A stretch of 64,000 nucleotides of DNA from Hyunsoonleella sp. 2307UL5-6 (GTDB lineage Bacteria > Bacteroidota > Bacteroidia > Flavobacteriales > Flavobacteriaceae), in NCBI RefSeq assembly GCF_047345485.1, contig NZ_JBLFEN010000005.1, positions 14,142 through 78,141 on the forward strand, in the 5' to 3' direction. The position numbers and the translations under genes are program-made. Shown in pieces: positions 17,626-25,515 of this stretch. The notes beneath the pieces were generated by a model. That model made no database searches. It saw nothing but the letters and a program-made list of their open reading frames with translations, and was not told the DNA's origin. Within the stretch, counting starts at the first letter, position 1; each line of letters begins with the position of its first letter.

Positions 17626-20349
17626 TTACGTTTTCTTTTTACTGTTCAATAACGGTGCGGTGTATTGGTTATACAACTCAAACAAAAATTCAATTCTGGT
17701 ATTTTCGTTAGTAAAAGCTTGTGGGCGGTAGCATAAATCTACAGCTTTATCTAGTGCTTGGTGCGCTTTTACCAGTTTTGGTGGCATAGTGAGCGGATGG
17801 TACAAATCTGCCAAACTACTCTCAGGAAACTCTAAACGCACATCTAAAACCTGTTGCGCTTTGGTTGCTACGTTTTTCTTGTTTTTGTCGCTTGGGTCTT
17901 TGGGCCATGGGTAGTTGTTGTAAACTAGATTGTTTGAATATCTAAAATCACTTTTAAGTTTACCTGCAACAGTTCGTATCCAATTATTATGCATCAGTGA
18001 TTGCAGAATTCCAAATTGATATTTTGTTGCATCTGGCAAACCATAAGCACTATCTGCTAGAATAGTTTCTTTAGAAATATAACCTATTGGAAGATAATTT
18101 CTTTTATGTGATGAAACCCTTGGTATTAAAAGATAATTACTTGTAGGTTGTCTTAAATCTCCAAATAAGTATGGTGTTTTAGATTTAGAATTTACTGATT
18201 TGCTTTTAGCATTTTCACGAAATTGTTTACAACGGTTAATTCTTTCTATTAAATATGGTGATTCCCTAATGATCTTAGGGCTAACATTTAAGAGCCAAAA
18301 GCAATATCTCCATTTGTTATTTAGCATTTCGTAAGATCCACCATATTTTTTGATGTAATTTTTTAATTCAGGTTCATTTTTTAATAGATTCTTTTTCTCG
18401 TCTAGACTTAAAAGTAAATTTCCGTCATCATAAGGTATATTTCCTCTTATCATTTTTTGGGTTTGACAAATCGGATTTCTAGTCTTTTCAATAAAGATGT
18501 TTTTTCCATTGACGAGATAAGGATTAATATTTTTTGCCTTAATTTCAAATGGCTCTCCATTTATGTCTTGATAATCATATAATCTTTTTTCTTTATTTAT
18601 TGTGGAAAAACCAATAATCACACAATGAACCGCAGCTTTACCTTTTGCATCATTTGTCCAATTAAATGTTCTATGGGCAAAATTAATTTTTAAGCCCATT
18701 TTGTTTATGATTTGAGACCATAAAATTGACACTTGTTCTCCTTGACTTATCGAGTTTGTAGAAACAAAAGCTGTATCAATTTTGGTTTTCATCATGAATT
18801 TAGCTGCTAAATAATACCAAGCTGCTACGTAATCAAGTTTGCCATGATTAATATTCTCATCAAAAGCCATATTCATATCTTCAACTTGTGTTTTGGTCTT
18901 CATCGCAGCCCCTATAAACGGCGGATTCCCAATAATATAAGACAGTTCGTTTTTAGCCACTACGGTTTCCCAATCTATTCTTAAGGAATTTCCGTGTACA
19001 ATTTTAGCAGCTTTTTTAAGCGGTAAACGCGCAAAATATTGCCCAAACTCTTCACTTACGCGCATATTCATTTGGTGGTCTATCAACCACATGGCTACTT
19101 CGGCTATTTTGCTGGCAAACTCGTCGTACTCAATGCCATAAAATTGGTCTACGTCTAGCCATAAAATGCTTTCAATATTTGTGGCTATTTGGCTTTTAAA
19201 CAGTTCGCGTAAAATATCAATTTCTAAAAGGCGCAATTCGCGGTAGGTAATAATTAAAAAATTACCGCTACCACAGGCAGGATCTAAAAATTTTAAGGTG
19301 GAAAGTTTATAATGAAATTCCTTTAGTTTTTTGGTGTTCGATTTTATTTTCTCGAATTCTGCCCGCAATTCGTCCAGAAACAACGGTTTTATAAGTTTAA
19401 AAATATTTTTCTCTGAGGTGTAATGGGCGCCTAAATTGCGGCGTTCCTCAGGATTCATCACACTTTGAAACAAGGAGCCGAAAATGGCTGGTGATATTTT
19501 TCCCCAATCCAGTGCCGAGGCTTCTAGCAAAATACTACGCATATTTGCATTAAAGGCTGCAATGGGTAATGGCTCTTCAAACAGTTTGCCATTTACATAC
19601 GGAAATTGGTTGAGGTGTTCATCTAAGTTTGTAAGTCGGGTGTCTTTTGGCGTGTTTAGTACTTGAAAAAATTGCGCCATGAGTGCGCCTAAATCGCTAC
19701 CATCTTCGTTGGTTTTAAGTTCTACAAATTCTTTAAAGGTGTTGCGCTCAAAAATACTAGTATCATCGGCAAAAAGTATAAATAATAAACGCACTAAATA
19801 TACTTCTAGATGATGCCCTTGGTAGCCAAAGGTTTCGAGTTGGTCGTGCAACTTACCCATTAATTCGGCAGCTTTTATATTTACAGGGTCTTCTTCTTGA
19901 AACGTGCGTTTTTGGTAGCCTGCTATAAAACCAAATAGTTTGACGTTTTTGTAGAGTTCGGCTACTGGAAACTCGTGTTCTGTGGCGTCGTCTAAATTGT
20001 ATAGTTTTAATCTGGCAAAATCTGATACTAAAATATATTTTGGTAATTCGTGCTCTTTAAGTCCGGGAAAATAATCGGTGGCTTGTGTGTATGCTTTTTC
20101 TAAATCTTTATCTTTCGATTTGTGTTCTACTAGCAGCGTGCCTTTCCAGAATAAATCTATAAATCCTTGATGACCGCTTAATTTTTTTACTGGTGCTTCA
20201 AACGTTGCAACGCGCCTTCTGGAAATGCCAAACACGTTAAAAAAGTCGTTCCAGAAGCTATCTTTTTCGGCACGTTCTCTGGTTTCGTCTGCCCATTCGT
20301 TAGAGAATTTTAAGGCTCTGTCTTTAATCTCGTTCCAGCTTAATGCCAT
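17626..20349 (-). CDS. MmeI-family Type IIL restriction-modification enzyme (endonuclease + N6-adenine methyltransferase + target-recognition domain in one polypeptide)
   Basis: The N-terminus MALSWNEIKDRALKFSNEW...IDLFWKGTLLVEHK reproduces the MmeI start and its D-x9-E-x-K nuclease motif. Central gamma-class MTase motifs DPACGSGNFL (I) and NPPF (IV) are present. 907 aa. Confidence 0.9.
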   Translation of the reverse strand: MALSWNEIKDRALKFSNEWADETRERAEKDSFWNDFFNVFGISRRRVATFEAPVKKLSGHQGFIDLFWKGTLLVEHKSKDKDLEKAYTQATDYFPGLKEHELPKYILVSDFARLKLYNLDDATEHEFPVAELYKNVKLFGFIAGYQKRTFQEEDPVNIKAAELMGKLHDQLETFGYQGHHLEVYLVRLLFILFADDTSIFERNTFKEFVELKTNEDGSDLGALMAQFFQVLNTPKDTRLTNLDEHLNQFPYVNGKLFEEPLPIAAFNANMRSILLEASALDWGKISPAIFGSLFQSVMNPEERRNLGAHYTSEKNIFKLIKPLFLDELRAEFEKIKSNTKKLKEFHYKLSTLKFLDPACGSGNFLIITYRELRLLEIDILRELFKSQIATNIESILWLDVDQFYGIEYDEFASKIAEVAMWLIDHQMNMRVSEEFGQYFARLPLKKAAKIVHGNSLRIDWETVVAKNELSYIIGNPPFIGAAMKTKTQVEDMNMAFDENINHGKLDYVAAWYYLAAKFMMKTKIDTAFVSTNSISQGEQVSILWSQIINKMGLKINFAHRTFNWTNDAKGKAAVHCVIIGFSTINKEKRLYDYQDINGEPFEIKAKNINPYLVNGKNIFIEKTRNPICQTQKMIRGNIPYDDGNLLLSLDEKKNLLKNEPELKNYIKKYGGSYEMLNNKWRYCFWLLNVSPKIIRESPYLIERINRCKQFRENAKSKSVNSKSKTPYLFGDLRQPTSNYLLIPRVSSHKRNYLPIGYISKETILADSAYGLPDATKYQFGILQSLMHNNWIRTVAGKLKSDFRYSNNLVYNNYPWPKDPSDKNKKNVATKAQQVLDVRLEFPESSLADLYHPLTMPPKLVKAHQALDKAVDLCYRPQAFTNENTRIEFLFELYNQYTAPLLNSKKKT

Positions 20350-20448
20350 ATAAAAAAGGGAGTTATGTTGTATTTACACAAATGTAAGTGATTACTGTAA
20401 GATATAAAACTGACTATTATATTGATTACCAACGTTAGCAAGCACGCC

Positions 20449-20513
20449 CCGCGAGAAGGATTGAACGGCATGTTTGAAATCCCCGACGCAGGAGGGATTG
20501 AGTAGTGAAAGCC
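20449..20513. repeat. family-B repeat, partial copy, inverted relative to 56396-56470
   Basis: ggattgaacggcatgtttgaaatccccgacgcaggagggattgagtagtgaaagcc matches the reverse complement of 56400-56455 with 3 mismatches. Confidence 0.8.
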
Positions 20514-20552
20514 TGTTTGCCATTTTTTATGGCAACTCGCCCAAAAGAAAAA

Positions 20553-21758
20553 TTAATTGTCCGTTACTAGTTTTTCGGTAACGCGTGTGGCACTTATTTT
20601 GGAAGATACAATGCCTAAAACCGAAATGGTAATGAAAACAAGCGCTAAATTTTCTAGCTTTATACTTACGGGATACGCTAATGTTGGCGTTATTGGCACT
20701 AAACCAAATGTTTGTTGAAATACCACGACTAATATGCCTAAAAGCAACCCTACAATGCAACCTACAAGCGTGATTACAGACCCTTGTATAAAGAAAATGT
20801 TACGCATGTGCTTTACGGGAACTCCTAAATTAAATAGTGTGTTTAGTGATGGTTTTTTTTCTAAAATCATCATGATAATAGAGCCTATTACGTTAAAAAT
20901 TAATAGTGCCGATACTAGTGTGAGTAACAAGTAAATCAATAGGTTTTCGCTATTTAGCATTTTATAGAGTGCATCGTTTAACTGCATGCGGTTTTTTACC
21001 GCAACGGTATTCCCTAAAATGGTTTGAATTTGTGCTGTTACAGCAGCCTCGTTTGCACCTTCGTTTAACTTAAATTCTATTGCAGAAATTTGATTGGGCT
21101 TGTAATTTAATAAGCGTTGAGCTAAACTAAGAGACGCGTATACGTAGTTATCGTTTAGTTTTTCGTTAATATCGAAAATACCAACGTTTAATGCTTTAAC
21201 ACTATTAAATGCATTTTTTGTTGATGTTATTTGGCCTTTTCCTGGTTTTGGCACATAAATATTTACCTGTTTACCGTAGTCTAAAACACCAAAAGACAGG
21301 TTTTGAGACACGCCCCAACCTGCTACAATTTGGTTGGTATTTGGCGCTAACCAACTGCCATAGGGTATTACCGATGTAATACTGCTTACTTTATCGTAGT
21401 TGGCGTCTACACCTTTTATGCTGGCTAGGTAATTTTTACCATCAGCATATACAATAACGCGTTCTTCTATAATTTCGGAATACAATGCGATATCTTCAAT
21501 AGCTGTTAATGCGTCTCGTTGGGTATCTGTAATGTTAAAAGATTTACCAATAACGGTTTCGGCTTTTAAATCTGGATCTACAATGGTGGAGAATTGAAGG
21601 GTAAAATCTTTTAAACCTGCAAAGCCAGAAAGTACTACAAAAAGAGATGCAGCACCTAAAACTACGCCAACTAAAGCAATTATGGTAATAAAATTAATAG
21701 CATTATTGCTGCTCTTAGAGCGTAAGTAACGTTTGGCGATATATAAAGAAATATTCAA
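20553..21758 (-). CDS. FtsX-like ABC transporter permease (LolC/E family)
   Basis: 401 aa. N-terminal TM, large periplasmic domain and three C-terminal TMs, the MacB/LolE topology. Confidence 0.8.
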   Translation of the reverse strand: MNISLYIAKRYLRSKSSNNAINFITIIALVGVVLGAASLFVVLSGFAGLKDFTLQFSTIVDPDLKAETVIGKSFNITDTQRDALTAIEDIALYSEIIEERVIVYADGKNYLASIKGVDANYDKVSSITSVIPYGSWLAPNTNQIVAGWGVSQNLSFGVLDYGKQVNIYVPKPGKGQITSTKNAFNSVKALNVGIFDINEKLNDNYVYASLSLAQRLLNYKPNQISAIEFKLNEGANEAAVTAQIQTILGNTVAVKNRMQLNDALYKMLNSENLLIYLLLTLVSALLIFNVIGSIIMMILEKKPSLNTLFNLGVPVKHMRNIFFIQGSVITLVGCIVGLLLGILVVVFQQTFGLVPITPTLAYPVSIKLENLALVFITISVLGIVSSKISATRVTEKLVTDN

Positions 21759-22163
21759 TTACGATTTCTTTCGTTTTTCTAATAAGTCTGGATTGTCTAG
21801 CGGGTTTTCTTTTCCTTTTAAAGACTGTTCTATACGGTCTATATACTCTAAAGAATCGTCTATAAAAAACTCTAAATTAGGCATACGGCGTAGTTGGTTT
21901 TTGGTGCGTTGTGCCATTTCATGACGAATTAAAGGCGTGTTGCTCCTAATACCTTCTACTAGCGCTTTTGCTTTGTTATTTGGAAAAATACTTAAATATA
22001 CTTTTGCAACCGATAAATCTACCGTCACTTTTACTTTAGATACCGATATGATAACACCGCGCATACCACCTTGAGTGGCTGCACCTTGTAATACATCAAC
22101 CAAATCGTGCTGTAATACCGATCCTATTTTTTTTTGTCTTTGACTTTCCTCTACGTTACTCAT
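21759..22163 (-). CDS. rbfA: ribosome-binding factor A
   Basis: 134 aa with a KH-like RbfA core (VTVDLSVAKVYLSIF). Confidence 0.8.
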   Translation of the reverse strand: MSNVEESQRQKKIGSVLQHDLVDVLQGAATQGGMRGVIISVSKVKVTVDLSVAKVYLSIFPNNKAKALVEGIRSNTPLIRHEMAQRTKNQLRRMPNLEFFIDDSLEYIDRIEQSLKGKENPLDNPDLLEKRKKS

Positions 22164-22225
22164 TCTTAAGTTTTATACTGCAAAAATAATGGATATTTTG
22201 TATCTTTCTGTAAAAGTAACGTTTA

Positions 22226-22639
22226 ATGAACAAAATAGAACATATTGGCATTGCGGTAAAACATTTAAAAGATGCTAATACCTTATTTGAAAAGCTATTT
22301 GGCATACCAAATTATAAAGTTGAGGAAGTGGAAAGCGAAGGCGTGAATACCTCGTTTTTTAAAGTTGGAGACACTAAAATTGAATTGTTAGAGGCAACCG
22401 ATGATGATAGCCCTATTGCAAAATTTATTAAAAAGAAGGGAGAAGGTATTCACCATATTGCTTTTGATGTTGATGATATAGAGGCTGAAATAGAGCGATT
22501 AACCAAAGAAGGGTTTACGGTAATACATAAAACTCCAAAAAAAGGCGCAGATAATAAATTGGTGGCGTTTTTACACCCAAAATCTACAAATGGTGTTTTA
22601 ATTGAATTATGCCAAGAATTACCATTGCCATCAAAATAA
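22226..22639 (+). CDS. mce: methylmalonyl-CoA epimerase (VOC/glyoxalase family)
   Basis: 137 aa with the metal ligand pattern HIGIAV...E...HHIAF...E of methylmalonyl-CoA epimerases. Confidence 0.75.
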   Translation: MNKIEHIGIAVKHLKDANTLFEKLFGIPNYKVEEVESEGVNTSFFKVGDTKIELLEATDDDSPIAKFIKKKGEGIHHIAFDVDDIEAEIERLTKEGFTVIHKTPKKGADNKLVAFLHPKSTNGVLIELCQELPLPSK

Positions 22640-22772
22640 TAGTACGGTTTAAGTATAAAGTTAAATACAGTGGGTTTTGACGTTTCTTTTAAACAAAATT
22701 TCTTGTAGAGTTTTAAGAAATATAGTAATATTGCACACTCTTATTTATAAGAGCATTACATTTCGCGTAATA

Positions 22773-22834
22773 GGGCCTATAACTCAGTTGGTTACCTGCC
22801 TACCTGCCGGTTAGGCAGGCAGGGAGTATCTGAC
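22773..22834 (+). pseudogene. truncated duplicate of the 5' 32 nt of the downstream tRNA(CAT), with a 29-nt family-B hairpin (cctgcctacctgccggttaggcaggcagg) inserted in the D-loop
   Basis: GGGCCTATAACTCAGTTGGTTA + hairpin + GAGTATCTGAC is identical to tRNA nt 1-22 and 22-32 at 23083-23114. Homology ends inside the anticodon loop. Confidence 0.8.
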
Positions 22835-22847
22835 GAAACATATAAAG

Positions 22848-23105
22848 ATGTTTGTTTACGTTCTTAGAAGTGATAAAGATGGAAGGTTTTATGTTGGTAT
22901 TACCGCAACTATTGAAAAGCGGTTAAAAGAACATAATGCTGGAAAAACAAAAAGTACTAAAGGATATCGTCCTTGGAAATTGTTTTTCTTTGAAAGTTTT
23001 GATACAAGACAAGAAGCTAGAAAGCGAGAAAAGTATTTAAAAACTGGATATGGAAAACAATGGATAAAAGAAAAATATAATAGGGCCTATAACTCAGTTG
23101 GTTAG
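22848..23105 (+). CDS. small GIY-YIG-domain nuclease (homing-endonuclease-like). The last 8 codons and the stop are encoded by the 5' end of the tRNA gene.
   Basis: YVYVLRSDKDGRFYVGITATIEKRLKEHN...YRPWKLFFFESFDTRQEARKREKYLK carries the GIY...YIG, Arg and Glu core residues. The ORF ends NRAYNSVG-TAG inside the tRNA D-arm. Confidence 0.85.
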   Translation: MFVYVLRSDKDGRFYVGITATIEKRLKEHNAGKTKSTKGYRPWKLFFFESFDTRQEARKREKYLKTGYGKQWIKEKYNRAYNSVG

Positions 23106-23156
23106 AGTATCTGACTCATAATCAGAAAGTCCCTGGTTCGAGCCCAGGTGGGCCCA
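23083..23156 (+). tRNA. tRNA with CAT anticodon (elongator tRNA-Met or lysidine-modified tRNA-Ile2)
   Basis: 74 nt GGGCCTATAACTCAGTTGGTTAGAGTATCTGACTCATAATCAGAAAGTCCCTGGTTCGAGCCCAGGTGGGCCCA. All four stems pair. TTCGAGC T-loop. CCA is not encoded. Confidence 0.85.
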
Positions 23157-23181
23157 CTTTAAAACCCTAAACTTTTTTAGT

Positions 23182-23658
23182 TTGGGGTTTTTTAATTCTT
23201 ACATCAAAAAACAAGTAAAGTTAATTATAGTTATGATTAAAAAGCTAAAAACTACTTTAACTATTATAATCTGTATCTTATATTTAGGCGCATTACTACA
23301 AGAATGTTATTTGGTAGATGGTCATTCTTCTATTGGTTCGTTTGGCGTTTTTGCATTGCTTTTAGGATGGATGCAGTTTGATACTGTAGCACTAGTTTGG
23401 TTAGCTAACCCTTTGTTTGTAGTAAGTTTACTGTTATTTGTTTTTTCAAAAAAGTTGAATTTGGGTTTGATATTAAGTGGTATTGCTTCAATTTTAGCAA
23501 TTTATTTTTTGAATGTAACGGAGGTGCTAAGAGACGAATCGGGATATGTAGGTAAAATAACAGGTTACTTACTAGGGTATTGGATGTGGGTTTCAGCAAA
23601 TGTACTTTGTTTCTTTTCTTTCGTCTTGAAGAAATGGCTTAATAAGAAACAGCAGTAG
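23182..23658 (+). CDS. hypothetical integral membrane protein
   Basis: 158 aa with five predicted TM helices. Confidence 0.5.
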   Translation: MGFFNSYIKKQVKLIIVMIKKLKTTLTIIICILYLGALLQECYLVDGHSSIGSFGVFALLLGWMQFDTVALVWLANPLFVVSLLLFVFSKKLNLGLILSGIASILAIYFLNVTEVLRDESGYVGKITGYLLGYWMWVSANVLCFFSFVLKKWLNKKQQ

Positions 23659-23901
23659 AAGTTAAAAAAAATACCTTAAAGTAATAAACTTAACAGTTAC
23701 CTCAGCCTAATTTTGATGATACAGTACTCGTTTTATTCGCCAATAATTACCAAATTTTAATTATAGTAAAGCCATAATTATTTTTAATTGAAGCTTTTTA
23801 CTTTTATCAGCTTATTATAAAATAAGTAGTGTTGCGTATTTTATTGTCTCGATAAAATATTTAAATTACAAAAGCTTAACAATTAACATTAAAACTATTA
23901 C

Positions 23902-24624
23902 ATGAAGCATCAAAATTTAAATAGAGAAGCTAGATATGGTGTGCCTGAAGCAGATCAAATTCTTTACAACAGGCATTACGCATTAGGGTATTCCTACTAT
24001 TTTAGGCAAGCCAAATGGGCACTTGAAATAGTAGACCCAGATATGACTCAAGTAGTAAGGAAAGATTATTTTAGATCAGATTATCGCATACCTGAAGAGT
24101 TTAGAGCAGATAAAGACGTGTATGCTAATTCTGGGTACAATAGAGGACATCTTGTGGCTAGCGCTAACCAAATTGAAACCGAAATACAGAATAGTGAGAC
24201 GTTTTTATTATCTAATATGTGCCCCCAAGTTCCAGAATTTAATAGTGGTATATGGAAACGACTAGAAGATGCCGTGAGACATTTAGACAGTGATAAAAAA
24301 GTATTTGAAACTTATGTTATTTCAGGGCCGTTGTTTTATTTTGATCAAGATGTTGTAATGATAGGAGACGATAATCCTAATATAAAAGTGTCTTTACCAA
24401 TACCACATGCTTTTTTTAAATCTGTACTTACTGAAAGAAATACTGGCACTTTTAATATGTGGTCTTTTATAATTCCTAATAAAAAAACGAGTGCGCCTTT
24501 AGACGACTTTTTAGTAGAAACCTCTAAAGTTGAGAAAATTTCTGGTTTGTTTTTATGGGATACATTAAAAGGCACAAAAATTATGAATAAAAAGAATAGA
24601 ATTAAAAAGATGTGGAGGCTTTAG
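23902..24624 (+). CDS. DNA/RNA non-specific endonuclease (NUC / Serratia-nuclease family), no signal peptide
   Basis: GYNRGHLVASANQ (DRGH-type active-site motif) and an SNMCPQ...N metal site. 240 aa. Confidence 0.8.
   Translation: MKHQNLNREARYGVPEADQILYNRHYALGYSYYFRQAKWALEIVDPDMTQVVRKDYFRSDYRIPEEFRADKDVYANSGYNRGHLVASANQIETEIQNSETFLLSNMCPQVPEFNSGIWKRLEDAVRHLDSDKKVFETYVISGPLFYFDQDVVMIGDDNPNIKVSLPIPHAFFKSVLTERNTGTFNMWSFIIPNKKTSAPLDDFLVETSKVEKISGLFLWDTLKGTKIMNKKNRIKKMWRL
24599..24624 (+). repeat. 26-bp direct repeat gaattaaaaagatgtggaggctttag (copy 1, the 3' end of the nuclease gene)
   Basis: Identical copy at 25450-25475. The pair flanks a segment containing a single 147-aa ORF. Confidence 0.85.
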
Positions 24625-24958
24625 CTCCATCAAAACAAGATATTTTTAAATGTGTGTGTTTAGTAAAATTATTACTATTAGTGGAGGGTTTTGCCTATAA
24701 TAAAGTTTATAAATCACAATAAAATAATTTCAAATATTATATTTACTTAATTCTAATATTAAAACTATATAAGTCATCAAAAAATCTATTTATTATTTAA
24801 GATCAATCTTTATAATTTTATTATTATCCCTCACTTACAGTTCTTGTAATTCGCCAAAGTACAGTTATTTTTTTCATGAGGGTAAGTATGTAAACTTCAA
24901 TAAAGGTAAGTGGCTACTCAATCAATCTCAGTCAAACTCTAAAATTTATGATACCGAA

Positions 24959-25402
24959 TTGTATTATCAATCGTTAAAACAATTCAAAGAAATTATAGGA
25001 ACTTCTTTGTTAGAAATTGATGACGTTAGACTTACAAATATTATTACTCCTGATATACCTTTTAATCTGTCTAAAAAAGAGTTAATTACATTACATGAAG
25101 ACTCAGGATGCGATTATTTAATAAATATTTCTGGAAAAATACTAACTCAAAATGCTGGTATTTCCTTTAATTCTGACCCTTTTAACCATTATGCCACTAA
25201 CGAGGCTAAAGTTTCATTAGCAATCTATAATCTTAAAAATGGAGAATTATTATCTGCTTCTGAAATTTTTGGCAAAGTAGAAGAAAGAGGTTCAGAATTT
25301 CGTAACAATGATATCCCTAGACTCGCTACAAGTTCTCATAACATAATGCTAACTGGTGCCAAAAAATTAATAAATAAGTATAAAAAGTATCAAATAAAAT
25401 AA
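24959..25402 (+). CDS. hypothetical protein (candidate nuclease-inhibitor/immunity protein)
   Basis: 147 aa with no motif. Its size and its position downstream of a cytoplasmic NUC nuclease recall the NucA/NuiA arrangement. Confidence 0.45.
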   Translation: MYYQSLKQFKEIIGTSLLEIDDVRLTNIITPDIPFNLSKKELITLHEDSGCDYLINISGKILTQNAGISFNSDPFNHYATNEAKVSLAIYNLKNGELLSASEIFGKVEERGSEFRNNDIPRLATSSHNIMLTGAKKLINKYKKYQIK

Positions 25403-25449
25403 AGAGGTAATTCATAATACTGAACTCCCACTCTTGTATTGTAATAATC

Positions 25450-25475
25450 TAAAGATTATGAATTAAAAAGATGTG
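25450..25475 (+). repeat. 26-bp direct repeat (copy 2)
   Basis: Exact duplicate of 24599-24624. Confidence 0.85.
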
Positions 25476-25515
25476 GAGGCTTTAGTAGTTTTGTCAGCTT
25501 ATATGTTTTGAATTA

